The notes beneath the pieces were generated by a model. It worked only from the letters and a program-made list of their open reading frames with translations, made no database searches and was not told the origin of the DNA. 64,000 nucleotides of DNA from the IMG/VR virus record IMGVR_UViG_3300035494_000060, positions 1-64,000 of that record. One strand, written 5' to 3'. Position numbers and translations under genes: made by a program. This DNA comes from a virus. Below are positions 1 to 8,075 of this stretch, in pieces (position 1 is the first letter of the stretch; every line of letters begins with the position of its first letter).

Positions 1-1050
1 GCGCTTGTCATAGTTCTCGTACAGCGAATCCTTGGCCTGCTCGCTGCCAAAGCGCTCAACCTTGATGTCCACCTTGCCCGAGCTGTTCATGTCGCCGCTG
101 GTGCTGTGCACCTCGACGATGGCCGCCCGAGTCTGGCTCCGCGCCTTGCCGGATAGGACGTCATTCAGGTTGTCGCGGCTGGTGGTGGTCATGGCGCCGC
201 CGCCGACAAAGACAATGGCCGCCGGGATGCCACCGGCTTCGAAGAAGTCCAGGTTGGTCTCCTCGGCCTGCCGGCTGCCGAGCACGGACGGCATCTGGTT
301 GAGCCAGCGCGGGACGAAGTACGGAGACTTGGGCGCCGGGTGCACGCCGAACATGATCACTTCGCTGGCGCGGTCCTTGGCCGGCAGCTGGCGCCCCGCT
401 GGCTGTACCTCACCCGTGGACACGCTGACATCGACTGGGCAGCCGAACTGCTTGAAGTACACCGGACGCCCTGAGCCAGGGTCCTGCACGAACAGGCGGT
501 AGGGCAGGGCGGTCGTGACCTCTCGGTTCCCGGCCATGCGCAGGGTGGTCTTGATCGGCTCGCCCAGCTTCAGCAGGCGCATGCTGGCCACGGGGAGGTG
601 GCGGACCATCGCAATGGCACCCTGGGGCGTGCGGATGACTTCCATGAAGCCGTAGCCCACCGACTCCAGGTCTCGGCGGATCGCCCGGCGCACGCTGACA
701 AAGGAGGTGCGAGGGTACGGCTCCTTGAAGAAGTTGGTGATCCGGGCAATCTCCGGGTCCTCGTCATACTCCTCCGCATTGCCCGGGGAGTTGATCTGGA
801 ATCCGGTGCCGTCGATATTCACCTCCATGGCCTCGATGCACTGGGCCAGGGTGTTGTTCTCGAAACAAATGCGCTGGAGCCGCTCCGGGTCGTAGGGCGG
901 GGTCAGGACCTGGTGGGAGTGGTTCTTCACCAGGGTGGTGAAGCCGGAGTCCCAGTCGTTCTCGTTGGCGTTGGACTGGGCCAATTCGGCCTTCTTCACC
1001 AGTGTGACGGTGGAGCCCGGCTGGGCCTTATGGGTATCGGTCTCGCTCAT
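1..1050 (-). CDS. phage portal protein (Phage_portal/PBSX-like), first 350 codons; 3' end lies beyond the window start
   Basis: Hand-translated from ATG 1050 (MSETDTHKAQ...) to position 1 with no stop. GGAG lies 6 nt upstream. Portal-core-like stretch PYFVPRWLNQMPSVLGSRQAEETNLDFFEAGGIPAAIVFVGGG. Absent from the ORF track because it is open-ended. Confidence 0.75.
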   Translation of the reverse strand, partial: MSETDTHKAQPGSTVTLVKKAELAQSNANENDWDSGFTTLVKNHSHQVLTPPYDPERLQRICFENNTLAQCIEAMEVNIDGTGFQINSPGNAEEYDEDPEIARITNFFKEPYPRTSFVSVRRAIRRDLESVGYGFMEVIRTPQGAIAMVRHLPVASMRLLKLGEPIKTTLRMAGNREVTTALPYRLFVQDPGSGRPVYFKQFGCPVDVSVSTGEVQPAGRQLPAKDRASEVIMFGVHPAPKSPYFVPRWLNQMPSVLGSRQAEETNLDFFEAGGIPAAIVFVGGGAMTTTSRDNLNDVLSGKARSQTRAAIVEVHSTSGDMNSSGKVDIKVERFGSEQAKDSLYENYDKR

Positions 1051-1052
1051 GG

Positions 1053-3422
1053 TTAGCTCCAGGCGGGCAGGTTGTCGAGGTCAGGTTTTTCCAGCATGTC
1101 CGCCAAGTTTGGCCCCACTTCGTAGTCAACCTCAAACTTCAATTGCGGCTTCCACCCAAAATACTCGGTGATCGGCAGGTTCTCCATGATGCGCTGGACC
1201 TCGGGGACCCAGGTCTTCAGCTCGTCGATCTTGACGTAGGCTGTCAGGGCATCGTGGGTCATAAGGAAGAACTGGCAGCCCTCAGGCGTGCCGTGTTCCC
1301 GCTCAAACTCGGCCATGGCCAGCTGCGACAGGTCGGAGAGGGTCGACTGTACCGGGGAGTTCACGGCCTGCCGCTCCGCCTTCGACACGACATCGTAGAA
1401 GCTCGATGCCAGCTGTGGGAGGTGGCGGATGCGCCCCAACGGGGAGCGGATCATCTGGTGCTTCTTGGCGTAGCGTATTGAGTTCTCGTGCCACTTCGGC
1501 AGCATCGGGTACTCGTCGAAGAACGCCGCATGCTGGAACTCGGCCTCCTTCAGGCTGATGTGCACCCCATAGGTGTCTCGCGCATAGTTCTGGTAGCCCG
1601 CCGGCTGCATGCCGTAGATCAGGCCGAAGTTGCCGGCCTTCCCACCCTGGCGAATCTTCTTGATCAGTTTCTTGGCCGCCTCGTCGTCAGAGGCCTTCAT
1701 GGCCAGGGCCTGCTCCAGGGTGTAGCCGTTCAGCTTGGCGCCGGTGGCGAGGTGCAGGTCAATCTTCGCCTCGTACACCTCGATCATCCGGGTCTCGTTG
1801 GCGAGGCAGGCGGTAATGCGCAGCTCGCCCTGGGAGTAGTCCCAGTTCACGATCACGTAGCCCTCGGGGGCGTCATAGCACTCCCGCAGGCGGTGAGCCC
1901 AGGCGCTGTGCTTGGGGATGGTCTGCACGGCGGGGTCCTTGGCGGCGAGGCGCCCGGTCACGGTGCCGGATTCGCCCGAGTCGCCATAGTCGCCACGGTA
2001 CTGCACGTAAGTCGGGTGGAAGCGGCCGTCCGGGCACATGTGCGCCATGAAGCCATCGACGAAGGTCCCGAGGGTCTTGGTTGCCGAGTTGTAGCGCTTG
2101 AGGATGCCCATGAACTCCAGGGCCTCCGGCTCGTCTTCGAACATCTTCAGGTGATTCATGGCGGTGGAGGGCAGCCCATCCTTCGCCGTGACCATCTTCG
2201 GGGTGAGGTTGAGCCCATAGCCGGTGAACAGGAAGTCCCTGATCAGCGCCGCACGGGTCAGGGACAGGTTGTCCCGGTACTTGATGCGCAGCCGGCGCGG
2301 CATCATCGCCAGGGCTTCCTTCTCGGCGGCTGCGATCTCGGCCTTCAAGTCGCCGCGCAGAATCTCGACTTTCACCGGGTTAACGTGGATGCCCACGTGC
2401 TCCATGTTGTGGAACGCCAGGGTCGCCGGGTGCAGCAGCTTGACGTAGAAGGTCGCCAGCTTCTGGTCCTGCAACAGCTCCGAGGTCATGGAGTCGGCCA
2501 CCTGGTAGCAGGCATCGGTGTCGCCGCCCGCGTACTCCAGCAGGTCGTCATCCGGGATCAGGTCCATGCGGCCCTTGTCATACTTCTCGTTGAACTCCGC
2601 ATCATAGCCACCCATGTTGGTGCGCTGGTTGGCGTGCGCGGTCAGGCTGTTACTGCTGTTCTCGTCGAGCAGCGATCCGACCAGGGTGGTATCCATGCTG
2701 AAATTGGTGCACCGGATGCCCCACTTGTGGCGAATCCAGCGCAGGTCGTACTTGAAGTTCGCCCCCCGGACCTTGATGCGCGGGTGGGTCAAGAGCCATT
2801 CGATCTGTGAGTGCAATTGGTTGCACGGCTGGTCGTGCAAGCCCTTGAAGCGGATAGCGTCCGCCTGCCCAGGCTTGTAGGTGAAGCTGATGCTGACAAT
2901 GAACTTCTCGGGGTCAAAGGCATTGAGGCCGACCGTCTCCAAGTCACAGGTCAGGGTCACGGCCTTGGGGCTAGAGTCCAGGCGCTTCTTGATCCAGGCG
3001 ATCAGGTCGCTGAAGTCTGTAACCCAGCGGTAGTGCCCTGTCTGCGGGGCCAAGGTGCCGGTCTCATGCAGGCGCATGGCCAAGCGCAGGTCCCACTGGA
3101 TGTCGATCAGGCGGCCATAGTCCGTCCAGACCAGGGAGGCGTCGTAGCTCGCCAGGGTCCGGGCGGTCCCGGTGGGGTACTCGACCATGAAGACCTTCCC
3201 CCGGTTTGACCCCAGGGTGCTCTTCTTCCTGGCCAGCTTTTGCTCTTCCAGCAGCTCCAGTGCTGACTTGCCCGTGAGCAGCACGACATCCTTCTCGGCG
3301 TCCAGCTCGGGCAGGTGCCCAACAGACGCCACAAACTGGTGGCCCACCCCACTGCCACGCAGGACCGGCCCCCAAAACCGTTTGATGGCGTCCTGCTTGG
3401 ACTTCGTGATCACGTAGAGCAT
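1053..3422 (-). CDS. family A DNA polymerase with 3'-5' exonuclease domain
   Basis: ORF 1053..3467, start reset to ATG 3422 (MLYVITK) after GGAGGG. Exo I CDLETVGL, motif A DYSQGELRI, motif B RQGGKAGNFGLIYGM, motif C LMTHDAL. Confidence 0.9.
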   Translation of the reverse strand: MLYVITKSKQDAIKRFWGPVLRGSGVGHQFVASVGHLPELDAEKDVVLLTGKSALELLEEQKLARKKSTLGSNRGKVFMVEYPTGTARTLASYDASLVWTDYGRLIDIQWDLRLAMRLHETGTLAPQTGHYRWVTDFSDLIAWIKKRLDSSPKAVTLTCDLETVGLNAFDPEKFIVSISFTYKPGQADAIRFKGLHDQPCNQLHSQIEWLLTHPRIKVRGANFKYDLRWIRHKWGIRCTNFSMDTTLVGSLLDENSSNSLTAHANQRTNMGGYDAEFNEKYDKGRMDLIPDDDLLEYAGGDTDACYQVADSMTSELLQDQKLATFYVKLLHPATLAFHNMEHVGIHVNPVKVEILRGDLKAEIAAAEKEALAMMPRRLRIKYRDNLSLTRAALIRDFLFTGYGLNLTPKMVTAKDGLPSTAMNHLKMFEDEPEALEFMGILKRYNSATKTLGTFVDGFMAHMCPDGRFHPTYVQYRGDYGDSGESGTVTGRLAAKDPAVQTIPKHSAWAHRLRECYDAPEGYVIVNWDYSQGELRITACLANETRMIEVYEAKIDLHLATGAKLNGYTLEQALAMKASDDEAAKKLIKKIRQGGKAGNFGLIYGMQPAGYQNYARDTYGVHISLKEAEFQHAAFFDEYPMLPKWHENSIRYAKKHQMIRSPLGRIRHLPQLASSFYDVVSKAERQAVNSPVQSTLSDLSQLAMAEFEREHGTPEGCQFFLMTHDALTAYVKIDELKTWVPEVQRIMENLPITEYFGWKPQLKFEVDYEVGPNLADMLEKPDLDNLPAWS
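2812..2825. repeat. 14-bp palindrome copy (TGCAAT-N2-ATTGCA family)
   Basis: TGCAATTGGTTGCA inside the polymerase gene, read as C-N-Q-L-H. Confidence 0.9.
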
Positions 3423-3435
3423 TGTCCCCTCCATA

Positions 3436-3465
3436 CAACAAAAGGCCGCAGGTCTCCCGGCGGCC
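3436..3465 (-). terminator. intrinsic terminator or attenuator directly upstream of the polymerase RBS
   Basis: Minus strand GGCCGC-N10-GCGGCC followed by TTTTGTTGT, then ATGGAGGGGACAATG. Confidence 0.55.
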
Positions 3466-3485
3466 ATGGTGTCAAGCGTTGGTTA

Positions 3486-3938
3486 TCACAGCTGGCCCGC
3501 TAGGCCGTCGAGTTGTGCCCGTACCCATTTTGCATCCACCTGGTGGGAGGTGTACTTCGCCACCAGCATGGGGATGAAGTAGTCCTCGATGTTCTCCGGG
3601 GTGCACATGCCGCCGGCCTTCAGCACCGCGTCCGGTACGCGGTCGACGGACTCGCCCTTCTCGTAGTCGAGCACCAGCAGGGTAGCGCGTTTGTCATCAG
3701 CGATACAGAGCGCGAAGCCCAGGTTCGACGGCCCACGGAGCACCACAGCCGCAGCGGTGGAGTCCAGTCGGGAGTCCCATACGATGAACTTGATCGGGAT
3801 CGAAAGCCCCTCGGCCAGTTTCAGCTGCATCTTCACGTGGCCATCGAACTTCTCACCGTTGCAGCTGAGGGTGGTGGCCCCCAGCGTGTCCACGAGTGCG
3901 GTGGCAATCACCATGTTCTTGCTATTGGCGTTCGTCAT
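3486..3938 (-). CDS. hypothetical protein
   Basis: ORF-track 150 aa. Its ATG overlaps the upstream stop by 1 nt (TGATG). No motif recognised. Confidence 0.6.
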   Translation of the reverse strand: MTNANSKNMVIATALVDTLGATTLSCNGEKFDGHVKMQLKLAEGLSIPIKFIVWDSRLDSTAAAVVLRGPSNLGFALCIADDKRATLLVLDYEKGESVDRVPDAVLKAGGMCTPENIEDYFIPMLVAKYTSHQVDAKWVRAQLDGLAGQL

Positions 3939-4186
3939 CAGTTCTGAGCCTTCTTCACGTGGACCCCTACCAGACGGGGCTTTTCATTCTCGATGGTGGT
4001 GGTGATGTCCAGACTGGCCACCTTGACCCCGAGGAACATCAGGTCTGCCTTGTGGTCCCGGCGCACGCCATTCACGATGCCATCGGTGATGACCAGCTCG
4101 GCGGTGTCGGGGAAGCCCCCCAGGATCGTGAGACCCTGGAAGCGTTGGCCAATCTTGGCGTGGTACAGCTCTTTGAGGTCGGTCAT
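3938..4186 (-). CDS. hypothetical protein
   Basis: ORF-track 82 aa. ATGA start/stop overlap with the upstream gene. Confidence 0.55.
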   Translation of the reverse strand: MTDLKELYHAKIGQRFQGLTILGGFPDTAELVITDGIVNGVRRDHKADLMFLGVKVASLDITTTIENEKPRLVGVHVKKAQN

Positions 4187-5037
4187 GCGCCGCTCCCTAG
4201 TTGTTCGCCGCTAAGGGCTTGAGTGATGATTGCGCCGCATGCGCGGATCAGATAGACAGCCCATCCAAGTGTGGCTGCCATGTCGGTGGTGCTCTTGATG
4301 TCCCCCAGGTGGATCGACAGGTAGCCGTCTGACTTGTTGAATCCTTGCGCAACCAGAGCGCCAGACACCTTGGGGAGCCCGGGGCCCTCCAGACGGATAG
4401 ACAGGGTGTCACCCTTCCAGCGGGCCGCACCCTTGACATCCCCCAGCATGAACACTCGGTAGACCGACCCCTTGCTGGTGGCCATGACCGGCTGGTTGAG
4501 GGCTGTAGCCTTGGCCAGGGCGCAGTCAGGTACTTGATTGTTGAGCACGCCATGGGGGGAGGACGTCGCCACGATGTACTGCTCCGTGGGGGCCTGAGTC
4601 AGGTCAAGCTCGAAGTAGGAGGGGCTACCCCCCACGCCCTTCGCTCCCCCCTTGAACTTAGCGCCCAGGGTCTGCCACGCATCCGCGAACGGGCTGGGTG
4701 CCTCGTCGCCATCCTGTGGGGGTAGGGGGTCCGGCTCCATTGGCTGGGCGATGACCGGGTGAGTGGTTTGTGTCTCCACCACGGGTATCCCTATGGAATT
4801 GCAGATCATCTGCAAGCTAGGGCTGGTGTGGTGGTTGCCCATGAACTTGTTTTTGCCGACCCCGATCACGTAGCCGGCCTTGCCCGCATTGATCGCCAGG
4901 GTCCCGATCCCGCCGTTGTCGTAGTAGGACTTCAGCGACTCATGCAGGTCGGCCAGCAGGTGGTTAGGGAGCACGCCCTTCAGCGCGCCGACCTTCTCCT
5001 GGATGGTCCCCTTGTTGATCTTGATGGTTACCGCCAT
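4183..5037 (-). CDS. hypothetical protein with MAVTIK N-terminus
   Basis: ORF 4183..5049, start reset to ATG 5037 after CATGGAGGGGCAC. N-terminus MAVTIKINKG. Lies downstream of promoter 5072..5100. Confidence 0.65.
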   Translation of the reverse strand: MAVTIKINKGTIQEKVGALKGVLPNHLLADLHESLKSYYDNGGIGTLAINAGKAGYVIGVGKNKFMGNHHTSPSLQMICNSIGIPVVETQTTHPVIAQPMEPDPLPPQDGDEAPSPFADAWQTLGAKFKGGAKGVGGSPSYFELDLTQAPTEQYIVATSSPHGVLNNQVPDCALAKATALNQPVMATSKGSVYRVFMLGDVKGAARWKGDTLSIRLEGPGLPKVSGALVAQGFNKSDGYLSIHLGDIKSTTDMAATLGWAVYLIRACGAIITQALSGEQLGSGA

Positions 5038-5071
5038 GTGCCCCTCCATGATTCCGTTTCGCTATGGGGGT

Positions 5072-5100
5072 ATTCTCGCACCCCCAGGCGTGTTCGTCAA
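5072..5100 (-). promoter_or_regulatory. conserved sigma70-like promoter P1
   Basis: TTGACG-N17-GAGAAT, followed by CATGGAGGG RBS. The TGA stop of gene 5097..5768 lies inside the -35. Confidence 0.7.
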
Positions 5101-5768
5101 ACGAATAGGCTGCGCGGGGTCTTGATCGGGGACAGGCCGATGTAGTTCTTCGCCTTGCTGCCGCCCTTGGGCGAGACTTTCGAGCTGGTGGGCGGGAAGT
5201 CCTTGAAGGCCTTGCCCGAGTGGCTGGCATGGCCATACCCGTCCCACCCCTTCGATTTGTACCCGTCAATCTTCTTGATGCCGAAGTGCTTGTGCAGGAA
5301 GTTGACCTGTGGGGTGGTCTCCACCGCGTGATCGCAATAGTGCTTGCGGACGTAGGTGATCGCGTCCTTCTCGCCGGTCATGTGGGCCACCAGGGCCGCC
5401 AGGACGGTGCCGGTGCGCCCGTGGCCACCGATGCAGCCGACAAACACCTTCTTGCCCGCCAGGATTTGAGAAGCCACGTACTCGATCATCTTGGCGAAGC
5501 GTATGGGGTCCTCCGGGGCGGTCATGTCCTTGATCAGGTACGGATGCACCTCGGGGGTTGGCTTGTCGCTGCCTGCATCGTCCCAAGGGGCCTTGCCGGC
5601 TACCGATCTGTATCCCCAATCCAGCGGGATGATGACATCGTGCTCCTGGTAGGCCGGGGTTGGGCTGGTGCACGACCCTCCGCTGACATAGTAGGTTTGG
5701 CCCCCTACCACAATCGGCATTTTCGGGTGCTTGGTGTGGCAGCCGCCACTGTACAGGTTGGTGACCAT
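5097..5768 (-). CDS. cysteine-based (CX5R) dual-specificity-type phosphatase
   Basis: P-loop VFVGCIGGHGRTG (C-X5-R-T/S-G) with an upstream acidic IKDMTAPED. AGGAG RBS before ATG 5768. Confidence 0.65.
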   Translation of the reverse strand: MVTNLYSGGCHTKHPKMPIVVGGQTYYVSGGSCTSPTPAYQEHDVIIPLDWGYRSVAGKAPWDDAGSDKPTPEVHPYLIKDMTAPEDPIRFAKMIEYVASQILAGKKVFVGCIGGHGRTGTVLAALVAHMTGEKDAITYVRKHYCDHAVETTPQVNFLHKHFGIKKIDGYKSKGWDGYGHASHSGKAFKDFPPTSSKVSPKGGSKAKNYIGLSPIKTPRSLFV

Positions 5769-5780
5769 GGTGGTTCTCCT

Positions 5781-6953
5781 TTAGGCCGTTCTGGCCAGCT
5801 TGACTACTGGGTATTTGTGGGTGCCGACGCGGGCGAACTTCTGGGTCGGGGTGGTTCCGCCAGGGGTCTTCACGTGGCCCCCCCAGACCAGATTGCACAC
5901 AGCCTCGACCACGTTGTGCTGGATGATGCCCTTGGCGCACTTCTGGAAGTCCTCCTGGGTGGACCCAGACTCCGCAAACAGGGACACAAGCATGGCCTGG
6001 TCGGAGTCCTTCGTCATCAGCGCGGTGACCTGCTTACAGGCCATGCTCTGAGCCCCGCTGCCTGACATGGTTGGCGACTTCGAACTGAAGATGCCGGTCC
6101 AGTTGACCCGAGCCTCCCAGGCCTCACCGTGCTCGGCCAGGGCCGCCTGATACACCCCGTGCGGCGTGTCGACCCCTGGGTACTTCTTGCCCTGGTTGGT
6201 GGTGACGTAGCGACCTATCTGGCCTATGCGCTGGATGTCCAGGTACAGATTGAACTCCGACCCATAGTTGCCAAACATGTAGCCCTTATTGAAGATCGGC
6301 CCATTGTTGTGGCAGAGGGTGTAGCTGGTGTCGACCATGGCATGCAGGTTGATGTCGCCATTGGCGTACTTGAACAGGGTGTCTGCGATGTTGGCCCACG
6401 GCTTGCCACCGTAGCCCCCACCAAAGACACCATGGTAGAAGATCGCCTCCAGGGTGCCGGCGAACTCGCGCAGCGGGATCGCATTCAGCTTCGGCATGGC
6501 GTTCGGGTCAAACAGCATCTGAGCCGTGCCGGAAGACCCGAGGGTGGCGGCCTTCTCGGTGTAGGTCTGGACCCAGGTCTTGATCCCAGGGAGCCCACGC
6601 TGCTGAAGGCGGTGCTTCATGTCGATGTTGCACATCAGGTCCGCCTTGTAGTGCACGTGACGGACTTCGCGGGCGATGATCATCAGCATGTAGAGGAGGG
6701 AGAGCCCGCAACAGTCCACCAGCTCGGTGTAGCACATGCGGTTGGCATTCTTCACCGCCGGGGAGGGCACCAGCTTGCCCGCATCGCGCAGGCGCCGGAC
6801 CTTCATCAGGTACTCGGTCGCCATGTAGAACCGGATCAAGGTGCCCTCGGGCGAGGCATGGGTCTTGTGCAGGTTGAATCTACGGAAGTTGGCCAGGGTG
6901 AGGTCGCTGGGGGCTGGCCGGAAAAGCGGGGAATTGAGCAGCATGTCTAGCAT
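5781..6953 (-). CDS. hypothetical protein (390 aa, orphan)
   Basis: ATG 6953 lies 8 nt after GGAGGG and downstream of P2. Gly-rich stretch FGGGYGGKPWANIAD. No family recognised. Confidence 0.7.
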   Translation of the reverse strand: MLDMLLNSPLFRPAPSDLTLANFRRFNLHKTHASPEGTLIRFYMATEYLMKVRRLRDAGKLVPSPAVKNANRMCYTELVDCCGLSLLYMLMIIAREVRHVHYKADLMCNIDMKHRLQQRGLPGIKTWVQTYTEKAATLGSSGTAQMLFDPNAMPKLNAIPLREFAGTLEAIFYHGVFGGGYGGKPWANIADTLFKYANGDINLHAMVDTSYTLCHNNGPIFNKGYMFGNYGSEFNLYLDIQRIGQIGRYVTTNQGKKYPGVDTPHGVYQAALAEHGEAWEARVNWTGIFSSKSPTMSGSGAQSMACKQVTALMTKDSDQAMLVSLFAESGSTQEDFQKCAKGIIQHNVVEAVCNLVWGGHVKTPGGTTPTQKFARVGTHKYPVVKLARTA

Positions 6954-6990
6954 TAGCGCGTCCCTCCATGTGGTGATCGCTATAGGGTCT

Positions 6991-7020
6991 ATTTTCTCAG
7001 GGCCCTGCCGTGTTCGTCAA
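6991..7020 (-). promoter_or_regulatory. conserved sigma70-like promoter P2
   Basis: TTGACG-N18-GAAAAT with an extended TGn. The upstream gene reads through it. Confidence 0.65.
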
Positions 7021-7407
7021 GCGGTTTGTGCACGCGCACGGGCGGTTGACAGGGGTGTCACCGGCGCCGCCACAGGCGGGGCAACCCTCGCCATGGCAGG
7101 TCTGGCACTCCTCATACACGAGGAAGGTGCCGCGCCCCTCGCAGTGAGTGCAATTGGTTGCAATCACCCCCAGGCGGCGGGAGTCCTCCAGGGACCCGTC
7201 TACCACCCGCACGCCAATCGCCCTGAACCTGTGGGTCAGGTGGGCATGGGTGTAGGGCATGGCCCGGCGCAGAACCTCGTCGGTGGTCAGGAGCGGGTAC
7301 AGCTCCTCCACCAGGGCTTGCAGCTGGGCCTCGGCAGCGGGGGTCCTGCGGACATCACGCACGGTACGGCACCTCGTCACGGCGCACGTTGATGTGCTTC
7401 GGGACAT
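6997..7407 (-). CDS. DnaJ-type cysteine-rich (CxxCxGxG) zinc-finger protein
   Basis: Repeats CTHCEGRG, CQTCHGEG, CPACGGAG. Start uncertain: ATG 7407, or GTG 7362 four nt before the upstream TGA. Confidence 0.55.
   Translation of the reverse strand: MSRSTSTCAVTRCRTVRDVRRTPAAEAQLQALVEELYPLLTTDEVLRRAMPYTHAHLTHRFRAIGVRVVDGSLEDSRRLGVIATNCTHCEGRGTFLVYEECQTCHGEGCPACGGAGDTPVNRPCACTNRLTNTAGP
7149..7162. repeat. 14-bp palindrome copy
   Basis: TGCAATTGGTTGCA inside 6997..7407, read as A-T-N-C-T. Confidence 0.9.
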
Positions 7408-7657
7408 CGAAGATCACGCGGGCTTGGTCCATCGCGCCACGGGTGCCCGCCCCGATCAGAATGTCCGGCATGACCTCGATCAGCTCCTGCTGGGTGATCA
7501 GGTACTCGTGGGCCGCGCCCTGGCACTCCACCTCGACGGTGAAGCTGCGGGTGGTGTGAATCTGCTTGACGGTGAGGGTCCCGCGTTGCTTCGGGTTCTG
7601 GACGTTCTCGCCCACGTGAACCTTCTTGCCGATTTCCAGACCTAGTGCGAGTGGCAT
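7355..7657 (-). CDS. hypothetical protein with CsrA-like terminal segments
   Basis: ORF 7355..7729, start reset to ATG 7657 after AAAGGAG. LALGLEIGKKVHVGENV and ARVIFDVPKHINVRRDEV resemble CsrA beta1-2 and beta4-5. Confidence 0.55.
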   Translation of the reverse strand: MPLALGLEIGKKVHVGENVQNPKQRGTLTVKQIHTTRSFTVEVECQGAAHEYLITQQELIEVMPDILIGAGTRGAMDQARVIFDVPKHINVRRDEVPYRA

Positions 7658-7661
7658 GGGG

Positions 7662-8063
7662 TCACGCTCCTTTGAAGATGGCCACGGCTGCGGTGGTGAG
7701 GCGCCAGGTGCTGCCCCCTTCCACGCCACGCCGTTCGATGGTTCGGTACACCAGGCCCTTCCCCAGCAAGATGGTCAGCTGGGAGGCGGTGTCGCTGTTG
7801 TTCTGCCTGAGCTGGACGGCCAGCTCCTTGGTAGACGCCTCGGCCAATAGCCTGAGCGCCTGCAAGCATATCGAGAGCTTGGAGCCTTGGCGAGGTAGCC
7901 GCACCTCGTTGGCCGGCAGCCCCGTGTGGATCGTGACCCCCTCGCGGGTGGTGCGCTCGATGGCACGCTGATACCCGCAGAGGCACTTGATCCAGACGTC
8001 GCCAACTGTCGTGTGCAGTCCAGCGCGTCCTGTGCACTTCGGGCACTCGATATGCAGCGTCAT
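7662..8063 (-). CDS. zinc-ribbon plus winged-helix (MarR-like) DNA-binding protein
   Basis: CPKC...CLCG at the N-terminus. C-terminal stretch LLAEASTKELAVQLRQNNSDTASQLTILLGKGLV looks like a wHTH. Confidence 0.6.
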   Translation of the reverse strand: MTLHIECPKCTGRAGLHTTVGDVWIKCLCGYQRAIERTTREGVTIHTGLPANEVRLPRQGSKLSICLQALRLLAEASTKELAVQLRQNNSDTASQLTILLGKGLVYRTIERRGVEGGSTWRLTTAAVAIFKGA

Positions 8064-8075
8064 TCATTTCCCTCT

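Noticed and set aside
1488-2810. Long plus-strand ORFs, for example 1488..2810 (440 aa), 36946..38421 (491 aa), 53035..54318 (427 aa) and 56131..57291 (386 aa).
   Set aside because: They lie antisense to minus-strand genes with clear catalytic motifs (polymerase, terL, dnaB, AAA+). Their translations are Gly/Arg/Val/His/Leu-rich low-complexity sequence, typical of shadow frames in high-GC DNA. No promoter or RBS signals were seen on the plus strand.
5781-6953. Thymidylate synthase or hydroxymethylase (ThyA or ThyX) to partner the DHFR and dUTPase. I considered the 390-aa and 372-aa orphan proteins.
   Set aside because: Neither orphan contains the ThyX RHRxxSxxxxSxR motif or ThyA-type motifs that I can recognise. 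Any such gene must lie outside the window, or these proteins belong to families I cannot identify by eye.
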